From positions 1-14,025 of the forward strand of contig CAZPLO010000030.1 in assembly GCA_964587725.1 (NCBI GenBank): a DNA stretch of 14,025 bases, given 5' to 3'. The translations under genes were made by a program, and so were the position numbers. The notes below the pieces were generated by a model. It was given only the letters and a program-made list of their open reading frames with translations, searched no databases and had not been told where the DNA came from. Each line of letters begins with the position of its first letter. Within the stretch, counting starts at the first letter, position 1. Below are positions 6,154 through 13,975 of the stretch, in pieces. Source of the stretch: an uncultured archaeon (GTDB lineage Archaea > Altiarchaeota > Altiarchaeia > IMC4 > SCGC-AAA252-I15).

Positions 6154-8530
6154 CGTTCGCGTATATGCCGGTTATGATATTTATTTCAGACTCTATTATA
6201 GTCTGCTGTTTCCTGGCCTCGTTCAACTGCTTCTCCATCACGTGCTTCTCATCCAACACCTTGATTATGTCCGCGTTCTTGGACTCGTATTCCTGGGACA
6301 TCCTGTTCTTCCGCTCCTCCAGCGTGGAAAGCTTCTCCTCCACCGCCACCCTCTCCTTAGAGGCTTTGTCCAGTTTCTTCCGGGCCTTCTTCAAATCCGC
6401 CTTGACGGCCCTGATCTGCTTTCTCTGGTTCTTACGCTGGTCTTTGAGCTCCTTCAGCCGCCGTTTGGCCTCTGTCACCCGCGTAGACTGCGCGGCAACC
6501 TCCGACTCAGCCAAGGGTATCTGCTCCTCCTCCTCTTTGAGTTTGCGGGCGAGGCTCTCCTTCTCCAGCCGTAGTTCGTTGTTCTCCTTCTCCAGCGCAT
6601 GGGCTTTCGTCTGCATCCCCACGTACTCCTCCTCCAGTGAGCTGACCTTCTCCCTGCATTCGCCGACGTAGTTTTCAGCAGCCTCCAGATCGGATTCAAC
6701 GGATTCCTGCACTCTGACGGCCTCGTCCAAGTCCGCCTTCAACCGGCTTTTCTCGTCGAGGAACCGGTCCATCTCCTGTTTTATGGGGTACAGGAACCGC
6801 ATCACCGTCAACCCGCCGGCCCACGACTTAATCTTCCGCTCCCGGTTCGCCTTCAACTCCTCGTCCTTGTGTATGAGCTCGGCTCTAGCGTCCTGTATCT
6901 GCTTCCGCAGCTCATCCATTTCGGACACGGTCTTCTTCACCTGCCGGCCGACCTTCGCAGACCTGGTTTTAATCCGCTTCCTCTCCGCCGCCGAATTCTT
7001 CAGCTTGGCTTCCAGGCGCTGCTGCTCCAGCTCCGCCCGGTCCAGCTGCTTCTTGAGCATTAGCCGCCCCTCCTCCGAGTAGCCTGCGGACCCCAGCTTG
7101 TCTTTCACGTGCTTCAGCTGCTTCTCCTTCACCTTCACTTCCTTGGCGGCGTCCTCCAGGGAATCCGACAGTTCCTTCACCTTCCCCTTGAGGCCGTCTT
7201 CCTTCTTCCCCAGGGACTTTATCTTTCCCTCTGCGGCGGTGATTTTCTCGGTCGCATCCCGTATGGACTCCCGCAGCACCTTCGGCAGCTCTATAATCAG
7301 CTTCTCCTCCTCGCTGCCGGATATCTCCCGCAGCTCCGACTCCAGGCTCTCCTTCTCCTTCATCACCTCGTCGAGTTTGGTCTTAAGCTGCTCCTCCTTC
7401 TCGACGACAGCCTGCATCTCCTTCCTGGCGTTGGATATCTCTGAACGGGTCTCCTCCAATGTCTTCTTCCCGGCCTTCAGCTGCTCCTCCAGACTGGATT
7501 CTTTGTCCTTCGACTCCGCCAGCGCCCTGGCTGCGTCGTCGAGCTCCGCGTACACGCTGAACTGGAGCTGAATCTCCCTGACACGGGATTTCGCGGCATC
7601 CAGGCCTTCCTTGATTTTCTTCTCCTTCTCTTCTTCTCCGCGGAGGCTGGACTCCAGCGACTTCCCCTCGGCCTCCAGCTCCGACAGCTCCCGCTCCTTC
7701 GCATCCAGCGTCTTCTCAGCCGCCTGTATGTCGTCCTTCAGCTTCTCCTTCTCCCTGCCTATCTCGTCGACGCGGTGGTAGAGGTTGTAGACTTCCTCTA
7801 TTGCCGCGCGTTCCTGTGACACGCGGTCGTATTCACCCGCTATTCTGCGCTGCTCCTCCAACGCCGACTCCAACTCCGCTCTTGCTGAAGAGACCTCCTT
7901 GTCCAACACCGTGCGCTTCCGTTCAAAGTCCGCTATTTTGTTGAGGTTCTCCCGGATGCCGTTGTCCGCCTTGAGGATTTTATCCGGCATCCTCCGCACC
8001 TTCCGTTTGGCGGACGCCAGGGACTTTTTCGCCGACTTCAGCTCCTTCTGAAGGTCCTTGTATTCTCCGTCGGCCTGCTTTATCTCTGACTCCAAATCCT
8101 GCAAGCCGATGTCGGCCTCCTCCTTCTGTCTAGCAAATGCGTCGACGGTGTCGCGGAGCTCTTCCTCAGCCTTCAACTTCGGGTTCAGCTGCTCCCGTAA
8201 CCCATCCTCCTCCTCTTCAACGGCGTCCAACGCCTCCCTGACCTTCGCCCGTTCGACCTCCACCGCCCGTATCCGCCTCTGAACTTCGAGGATGCCCTTG
8301 GACAGGTCTGTTATGGACGCTTTGACGTCGGCGAGCTCCTTCCGCAGGTCTGGGAGGTTGCCGGACTCCATCAGCGACTTCGACGGCTTCCGGATGAGCT
8401 TCGACAGATGCTGTATCCGCTTCTCCTCAGACCCCACATTAGAGGGAACCTTGTTCTTTCCCGTGCCGTGGGAGCCCTTGATTATGTCGGTCAACCGCTT
8501 AACCTTGTCGTCTCTGCCGGAGTCTTCCAT
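6140..8530 (-). CDS. Long coiled-coil protein, 796 aa, no ATPase head or TM segment
   Basis: Nearly continuous E/K/L/R-rich heptad pattern; SD GAGGGGTGA before ATG 8530; starts 1 nt after the upstream stop and overlaps the downstream gene. Confidence 0.88.
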   Translation of the reverse strand: MEDSGRDDKVKRLTDIIKGSHGTGKNKVPSNVGSEEKRIQHLSKLIRKPSKSLMESGNLPDLRKELADVKASITDLSKGILEVQRRIRAVEVERAKVREALDAVEEEEDGLREQLNPKLKAEEELRDTVDAFARQKEEADIGLQDLESEIKQADGEYKDLQKELKSAKKSLASAKRKVRRMPDKILKADNGIRENLNKIADFERKRTVLDKEVSSARAELESALEEQRRIAGEYDRVSQERAAIEEVYNLYHRVDEIGREKEKLKDDIQAAEKTLDAKERELSELEAEGKSLESSLRGEEEKEKKIKEGLDAAKSRVREIQLQFSVYAELDDAARALAESKDKESSLEEQLKAGKKTLEETRSEISNARKEMQAVVEKEEQLKTKLDEVMKEKESLESELREISGSEEEKLIIELPKVLRESIRDATEKITAAEGKIKSLGKKEDGLKGKVKELSDSLEDAAKEVKVKEKQLKHVKDKLGSAGYSEEGRLMLKKQLDRAELEQQRLEAKLKNSAAERKRIKTRSAKVGRQVKKTVSEMDELRKQIQDARAELIHKDEELKANRERKIKSWAGGLTVMRFLYPIKQEMDRFLDEKSRLKADLDEAVRVQESVESDLEAAENYVGECREKVSSLEEEYVGMQTKAHALEKENNELRLEKESLARKLKEEEEQIPLAESEVAAQSTRVTEAKRRLKELKDQRKNQRKQIRAVKADLKKARKKLDKASKERVAVEEKLSTLEERKNRMSQEYESKNADIIKVLDEKHVMEKQLNEARKQQTIIESEINIITGIYANDEKG

Positions 8531-8531
8531 G

Positions 8532-10265
8532 TCACCCCTCCCCTTCCGTCAGCTCCTGGAGCCGCTTCTCCATGGCCTTCTTCTTATCCAACACTTCCTT
8601 CAGCTTGCTCTCCGTCTCCTCGCGGGCCTGGGTTATGAACCCGAGCTCGTCCTCTACCTTCGCCTTCCGGTCGCGGACGTCCTCCAACTCCTCCTTCTTG
8701 CTGGCGCCCTCCTCCACCATCGACTTCAGCTCGTCCTTCAGCAGGTTGATTTCGGTCGCCACCGCCTCCCGGCGGCTGTCGAGGGATTCCAGTTTCTCCT
8801 TCGACTCCGCCACCTGCTTCTCACGCTTCGCCAGCACGTCCTTAAGATAAGGTGTGAGGTCTATGTAGAGTTCCCCGCCGCCCTCCACCAGAGACTGTAT
8901 CTTGTCCTCCAGGTTTTTCTTGCGGTCGAGTATCCTGTCTATGCGCTCCTTGATTTTGTCCTGGTCTTCGACCAGCTCACGATAGCGTTCCTCCTCCCCC
9001 CCACGGTCCTTCTCTATGTCCGCTAACGCGGACTGCTTGGCAGCCACCGCCCTTCGGACGCTGGTCTTCCGCTCCTCAATCTCCCGGACCTCAGACTTCG
9101 CCTGGTTCTCCTTCGTCAGCAAAAGATCCAGCCTCTTCCTGGACTCCCGGGATTGCTCCTCCTTCTCATGGACGACCTCGCGGAGGCGGAGCTGCTCGTT
9201 CAACAGATCCTTTATCTCCTCCCCCAGCTTATCCGGCAAATCGTTCATGTCCGCCACGATAATCTGCTTGTCGATGTGCTGCACCGTCGGACCCATGGAA
9301 CCGCCGCCAGCGCCGCCGGGACCGCCTTCCCCCCCCGCACCCCCTGCTGGGGGGGCTGCACCGCCCACTGAACGACCCCCTGAACCCTCGAATTTTATGT
9401 TCGACAACCCCTCCCGGAGGCCTTTCGCCAGACCTTTCTCGTCTATCTTCCCAGGCTCCATTTTGATGTTGGACAACCCCTCCTTCAGACCCTCCACCAA
9501 GCCCTCTTTGAAGTCTTCGAGGTAGCCGCCGGCGTCCATGTACTTCCTCGGGCCGGCGGGTCGCGACACGGTCACGCCCGGCTGCTGCTGCCACGCGAAC
9601 AGACTGCTTTCAATCCACTCCCCCGTCTGCCCCAACGGAAGCTTCAGCACGCTTATCTTACGCACCCCCTTGTCGAACCCGAACTCCAGCACCGAATCGC
9701 ACATCATCTTCAACGTCTCCTCGGTCTGGGGGTCGTGGAGGTCACGCTGCAGTATGAACGTGCCCGTGAACCCCGCCGACGTTATCCTGCTTATGTGCAC
9801 CTTCAGGAACTCCTCGCACGTCGACGGCCTATTGTAAAGCAGCAGCGTGGATACGGAGTCGAAAACCACCAAACCCTGGCCCTTCACCTCCGACAGCGCC
9901 CGCATAAGCATCCGGTTCAACTCGTTCAAGTTGACGGCGGATGTGCAGTTTATCACGTACGGGTCGTTCAACCCCTTGCCGGTGACCTGCTCCGAATACG
10001 CGTCTATGAACCGCAGGAGGTTATGGTCCTGGAAGCTGCGGTAGTCTACCTTGAAGTACTCCATCTTCTCCCGTATCGACAGCGGGCTCTCATCCAAACA
10101 AATCCATATGCAGGGGAGGCTGTTCTTCAGGAACTCCCGCGCCAGCGTCAGAGAGAAGGTGGTCTTCCCCGAAGCAACCGAACCGTATAGAAGGGTGGAA
10201 ACCCCCAAGGGAAACTCCTTCACTTCCCCGCCTATGTCTAACCGTACGATACGCACCAGATTCAC
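8532..10265 (-). CDS. KaiC/RAD55-like ATPase domain fused via a Gly-rich linker to a C-terminal coiled coil, 577 aa
   Basis: Walker A GSVASGKT, WICLDE, LRFIDAYS, Walker B VVFDSVSTL, CDSVLEF in the first ~225 aa; GGAGGEGGPGGAGGG linker; ~230 aa of heptads. Start GTG 10265 or GTG 10256 (SD GGGGGTGA fits the latter). Confidence 0.9.
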   Translation of the reverse strand: MNLVRIVRLDIGGEVKEFPLGVSTLLYGSVASGKTTFSLTLAREFLKNSLPCIWICLDESPLSIREKMEYFKVDYRSFQDHNLLRFIDAYSEQVTGKGLNDPYVINCTSAVNLNELNRMLMRALSEVKGQGLVVFDSVSTLLLYNRPSTCEEFLKVHISRITSAGFTGTFILQRDLHDPQTEETLKMMCDSVLEFGFDKGVRKISVLKLPLGQTGEWIESSLFAWQQQPGVTVSRPAGPRKYMDAGGYLEDFKEGLVEGLKEGLSNIKMEPGKIDEKGLAKGLREGLSNIKFEGSGGRSVGGAAPPAGGAGGEGGPGGAGGGSMGPTVQHIDKQIIVADMNDLPDKLGEEIKDLLNEQLRLREVVHEKEEQSRESRKRLDLLLTKENQAKSEVREIEERKTSVRRAVAAKQSALADIEKDRGGEEERYRELVEDQDKIKERIDRILDRKKNLEDKIQSLVEGGGELYIDLTPYLKDVLAKREKQVAESKEKLESLDSRREAVATEINLLKDELKSMVEEGASKKEELEDVRDRKAKVEDELGFITQAREETESKLKEVLDKKKAMEKRLQELTEGEG

Positions 10266-10440
10266 CCCCTAAATACCCCGCCGCACCCCCCTCAGTGTAC
10301 TGCCGCGGGGTTATGTATTGGACAATGGTTTAAATATACACCGGAGGTTACTATGCCCGCCCGCTGGAGGGAACCAGCCCCTGAACGTATTTATATTAGG
10401 GTAAACGTATTATTTACAAAACTTTTTAAGGTGATGTGAG

Positions 10441-10656
10441 ATGGCAACTACACCAACGGACGAAGTCAAGGTCTTTGAGATTGAATGGGAGGGTTTCTTC
10501 GGGAACATGCATTTGATGAACATCGGGATACCGACGTTCGAGGACCTCTGCGAAATAGCGATTATTATGAGCAGGCCCGTCCTGAAGGAGAAAGGCAGGA
10601 ACATATACCACGTCGTCGACGCCTCAAGCGTCTACACGTACAAGAAGAGGAAATAG
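10441..10656 (+). CDS. Small hypothetical protein, 71 aa
   Basis: ATG preceded by SD AAGGTGA, TATA-like TTTATAT at 10390-10396, fills an otherwise empty gap, followed by a hairpin/T-tract. Confidence 0.72.
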   Translation: MATTPTDEVKVFEIEWEGFFGNMHLMNIGIPTFEDLCEIAIIMSRPVLKEKGRNIYHVVDASSVYTYKKRK

Positions 10657-10662
10657 GTTTCT

Positions 10663-10710
10663 AAAACGGGGTGGGTTGCAGACACCCCTTTCTTTAAATT
10701 TATCTTTATT
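10663..10710. terminator. Putative bidirectional terminator between convergent genes
   Basis: GGGGTG(10668-10673)/CACCCC(10683-10688) stem with TTTCTTT after it on + and TTTT after it on -. Confidence 0.55.
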
Positions 10711-11292
10711 CTATGGGAACAGGAACACCCGCTGGTCTATCAGCGCGTTCGGCGTCGTGAACCCGATGCGCCGTATGCTGCCCTGCGACGGAATAATCTG
10801 TATAACAAGCTTCTCGTCGGAGCCGATGGGTGTGGCGAGTGAAATGTTTATGACGGCGCTGTCTCCGAGGTTGACGTATCCGTCCAGCGGCGAACCCGAC
10901 CGCTGCAGGTAGTAGACGTCGTAGGTTCCGCTGCCGGCGGCGGTGGAGTAGCGGAGGGTCTGGAAGGATGTGCGGCCGTCGATTGTTATGACGGTGGTGT
11001 TGAGGTTGATGGGGTCCGAGCCGGGCTTCAATTTCACCAGCATCTCCAGCTGTTCCACTTGGCCGTCGTCGCTGGCGTCCGAGCCGACGATGGAGTAGAC
11101 GTTCAAGCCGCTGGCTATCTCAGCCTCCGTCCCCTTCATAGCCGTCACCGAACGCTGCTCCAGGCCGCCTCCGGAGCCTATCAAGACGGCGGCCGCGACT
11201 GCGGAGACTACGATAACCGCTATGAAGATTATCAGCATCCCTATCCCCATCAGGCCCTTCCGTCCTCTGCTCCGGTTTTTCATATGCAACAC
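10711..11292 (-). CDS. arlB: Archaellin (archaeal flagellin)
   Basis: RKG|LMGIGMLIIFIAVIVVSAVAAAVLI N-terminal helix, LEQRS, VKLKPGSDPINL, conserved in archaellins. Start GTG 11292 or ATG 11283. Confidence 0.93.
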   Translation of the reverse strand: MLHMKNRSRGRKGLMGIGMLIIFIAVIVVSAVAAAVLIGSGGGLEQRSVTAMKGTEAEIASGLNVYSIVGSDASDDGQVEQLEMLVKLKPGSDPINLNTTVITIDGRTSFQTLRYSTAAGSGTYDVYYLQRSGSPLDGYVNLGDSAVINISLATPIGSDEKLVIQIIPSQGSIRRIGFTTPNALIDQRVFLFP

Positions 11293-11299
11293 GCTTTTT

Positions 11300-11902
11300 T
11301 TACGTCGGCCACAGCGAGACGCTCTCCTGCGTCATGCTGTCCGGCGTGTAAAACTCTATCTGGGTGTACGTCCCCACACGCGGGATCATCTTAATCCGCA
11401 CCAGCTGGTTCTCGCTTATCTCCGGACTCAGCTGGAATATTATCTTCGCCACGTCACCGCGGTTCAGGTAGCCGTTCTCGTGGTTGGTTCCGTTCTGTAT
11501 GTAGTATACCACGTAAGCGGTCGTGGTCGCCGCCGTCGAGTCGGCCCCGATGGTCGTGTTGTATGTCAGACTGTACGACGCCGTCTCCGTGTCCACGGTT
11601 ATTATGGTGTTGTTCAGGTTGATTCCCTGGGAACCCGACTGAAGCCGCACCATCACCTTGAAGTCGCCCACCTTATGCGGTGTCCCGTCGCTGGCGCTCG
11701 CATCCGAGGCCACGACCGTCATGGCCTCTATCCCCGAGGCGATGCTCTCCTCCGTCTGCGAGCCCGTGATAAGGGCTTTCTGCTGGAGGCTGCCGCCTGT
11801 GGTGATAAGGACCGACGCCGCAACCGCTGCGATGAGGATTATCGCAATGAATATTATCAACGCTCCTATCCCCATCATACCTTTCCTTTCCTTAGCCCTC
11901 AT
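11300..11902 (-). CDS. arlB: Archaellin (archaeal flagellin), 200 aa
   Basis: RKG|MMGIGALIIFIAIILIAAVAASVLITTGGSLQQKA; SD GAGGTG 5 nt before ATG 11902. Confidence 0.95.
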   Translation of the reverse strand: MRAKERKGMMGIGALIIFIAIILIAAVAASVLITTGGSLQQKALITGSQTEESIASGIEAMTVVASDASASDGTPHKVGDFKVMVRLQSGSQGINLNNTIITVDTETASYSLTYNTTIGADSTAATTTAYVVYYIQNGTNHENGYLNRGDVAKIIFQLSPEISENQLVRIKMIPRVGTYTQIEFYTPDSMTQESVSLWPT

Positions 11903-11943
11903 TTGCACACCTCTGTGATATATTGATTTACTTTACCTCTTTT

Positions 11944-12624
11944 TTAAGTTGTCGGCCACAGCAAAACCCGCTGTTCCACCATGGAATCCGGAGTCATGAA
12001 CTCCAGCTGCGTCATAGCCCCCGTACGGGGTATGAGTGTGATGCGCGACCGTATGTTTTCGCCCAGCTGCCCGTTTATGTTGAATTTGAGCTCCGCCACG
12101 TCCCCCCGGTTCATGTAGCCGTCCTCGTGTATGGGCGCCTCCTTCACGTACGACACCACGAACGTGGACGTCCCCGACGCCGTGGCGGACTGCGGTACGG
12201 TGCCGTTGTACAGGAAGTTCTGGCTCGCCAGCGGCGTGTCCAACGTCACCACCGTGTTGTTCAAACTCAGCGGGTCGCTGCCTGCCTGAAGCCGCACCAT
12301 CACGTTCAAGCTGGTGACTGCGTGCGGAGTCCCCGATGAGCTGGCGTCGGACCCGGTTATCTTCACCGTCTCCACGCCGGAGCCCACACCCTCCCGCGCC
12401 TCGTTGCCGGTTATCAACGCCTTCTGCTGGAGGTTCCCGCCCGTGGATATCAAAACGAAAGCCGCTATGGCAGAGATTAGAACAATGGCTATGAATATTA
12501 TCAACGCCCCTATACCCATCAACCCCCGGTTCACCTTGTCGTGGCGGGACAGAACCAACAGTATCAGCAACACTATAGCGCCGGCACTGACTGTGCCTCT
12601 GCCGGGTTTCTTCAGCTGGGCCAT
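11944..12624 (-). CDS. arlB: Archaellin with an extended hydrophobic leader, 226 aa
   Basis: NRG|LMGIGALIIFIAIVLISAIAAFVLISTGGNLQQKA; SD GGAGGT before ATG 12624 places an extra hydrophobic stretch ahead of the cleavage site. Confidence 0.92.
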   Translation of the reverse strand: MAQLKKPGRGTVSAGAIVLLILLVLSRHDKVNRGLMGIGALIIFIAIVLISAIAAFVLISTGGNLQQKALITGNEAREGVGSGVETVKITGSDASSSGTPHAVTSLNVMVRLQAGSDPLSLNNTVVTLDTPLASQNFLYNGTVPQSATASGTSTFVVSYVKEAPIHEDGYMNRGDVAELKFNINGQLGENIRSRITLIPRTGAMTQLEFMTPDSMVEQRVLLWPTT

Positions 12625-12720
12625 CCGCAACCTCCACGTACCCAGGCAACCACCTCAAAAACAGCCAACCAGCCAGACCCCCCAAGCCCACGCATGAGCT
12701 GTTACATAATGTATTTGAGG

Positions 12721-12730
12721 ATATATAAAT
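12721..12730 (-). promoter_or_regulatory. Putative TATA box for the three-archaellin transcript
   Basis: Minus strand ATTTATATAT about 100 nt upstream of ATG 12624, in an AT-rich intergenic patch. Confidence 0.55.
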
Positions 12731-12744
12731 TAGATGTTCCATTT

Positions 12745-13815
12745 TCACGGTATTAGGGGGCTGCTGCGGCTGTCGTGGCGGTCTATTTTCTTCTGAATCT
12801 CCAACCCGACAGTGTCCACCACCTCCCTCGTAACATTGTACCGCTCCTGCAGGTGCTTCAGGAACCCCTGTATGTCGTCGTTGGGGTTCTCTATCGACGA
12901 CGTTATCGCATATGCTATGTAGGCTGCGAGCTCCTCCCCCCATTTGTCGCCGTAGTATTCCTTCACGAAGTGGTCTTTAACGCCGCCTATGTGCTTCACC
13001 ACCGCGTCGAAACGCGCCCCCAATTCCCTGGACGCGAATGCGTCGTATTTTTTGTCGGGCGCGTTGCGGTGCTTCACCGGCGTGAAAATCGGTATCGTAG
13101 CGTCCTCCAATATGGCAATCTTCATGGTGTCCCAGTGCTTCTCCACCGCCCCCGTCGCGTACAGCAGCATCATCACGTCCTTCACGTACACGTCGAGGAA
13201 GAACCGTTTGCCGATGTAGTCTATGCCGTCGTGTGTTATGTTCAATTCGATGTTGTTGAGCATCTCCAGCAGCAGCTCGTGCATGCCCTGGTATTTCTTG
13301 TTGGTTACGTCGGTGGTCCTCGACACGGATATGAACAGCAGCTTGAAGAAGAAGCGGGATATCTCCCGGCCCATGAAAATCAGCGGGAACAGCGTGTCCA
13401 GGAACCGCATCCGCTCCCTGCTGGCGAGCTTCTCGTCCAGGCTGCCCATCCAGTTATCGTCTCTGCTTAACTCCTTGAATGTGGCCATCGCCGCCTCCGC
13501 CTCGTAGTCGGTGAAGGAGTAGCGGTTGACGATGGAGTGGATTACGTTGACGTTAGCCTTGAACGGATTCCGCGGCTTCCCGTCAACATAGTATCGTTTG
13601 CTCCTGGACAGGAAACCCATCTTCACGAACTTGTTCAGCTTCTTCCGGTACGCCTCCTGGCTCTGCTTCTTCAACAGGATGTCCTCCTTACGGAGCTGAT
13701 ACGACCAGGTCTCTTCCTTCAGCAGCCGGAGGAAGAAGCGTGTGAGGGCGTCCTGGGTGTCGGCGTCCATGTGTTTGACCTTGAGAAAGAGTTCCCTGGC
13801 TGTGTAATCCGTCAA
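12745..13815 (-). CDS. Hypothetical protein, 356 aa, with a winged-HTH-like N-terminal region (putative regulator)
   Basis: TTG start after GGGGGGA SD-like motif. SQEAYRKKLNKFVKMGFLSRSKRYYVDGKPRNPFKAN resembles the recognition helix plus wing (Y-x-x-x-L-x-x-h-x-x-x-G-h-h...G-[RK]-P) of archaeal wHTH proteins. Product call is by eye only. Confidence 0.75.
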   Translation of the reverse strand: MTDYTARELFLKVKHMDADTQDALTRFFLRLLKEETWSYQLRKEDILLKKQSQEAYRKKLNKFVKMGFLSRSKRYYVDGKPRNPFKANVNVIHSIVNRYSFTDYEAEAAMATFKELSRDDNWMGSLDEKLASRERMRFLDTLFPLIFMGREISRFFFKLLFISVSRTTDVTNKKYQGMHELLLEMLNNIELNITHDGIDYIGKRFFLDVYVKDVMMLLYATGAVEKHWDTMKIAILEDATIPIFTPVKHRNAPDKKYDAFASRELGARFDAVVKHIGGVKDHFVKEYYGDKWGEELAAYIAYAITSSIENPNDDIQGFLKHLQERYNVTREVVDTVGLEIQKKIDRHDSRSSPLIP

Positions 13816-13937
13816 CCTGCATCCCCCCTAGACACCGTATACGTGGAACAAAGACCCTCAGGAGCACGGGCTTATGCAACCACAAGTTTATACACTACCA
13901 TATTACGCAGGAGTATATAAAACTGACGCATGGGTTG

Positions 13938-13956
13938 AAACAAAAAAAAAAAAGAA
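13938..13956 (-). terminator. Oligo-T terminator after the upstream archaellin
   Basis: Minus strand TTC-T12-GTTT about 20 nt after the TAA at 13976-13978. Confidence 0.7.
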
Positions 13957-13975
13957 GGGGGAGTTTTGGCCTGGC

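Noticed and set aside
6140-8530. SMC/Rad50 chromosome segregation protein
   Set aside because: No Walker A/B, no LSGG signature, no recognisable SMC hinge or CxxC hook; it is only a generic coiled coil.
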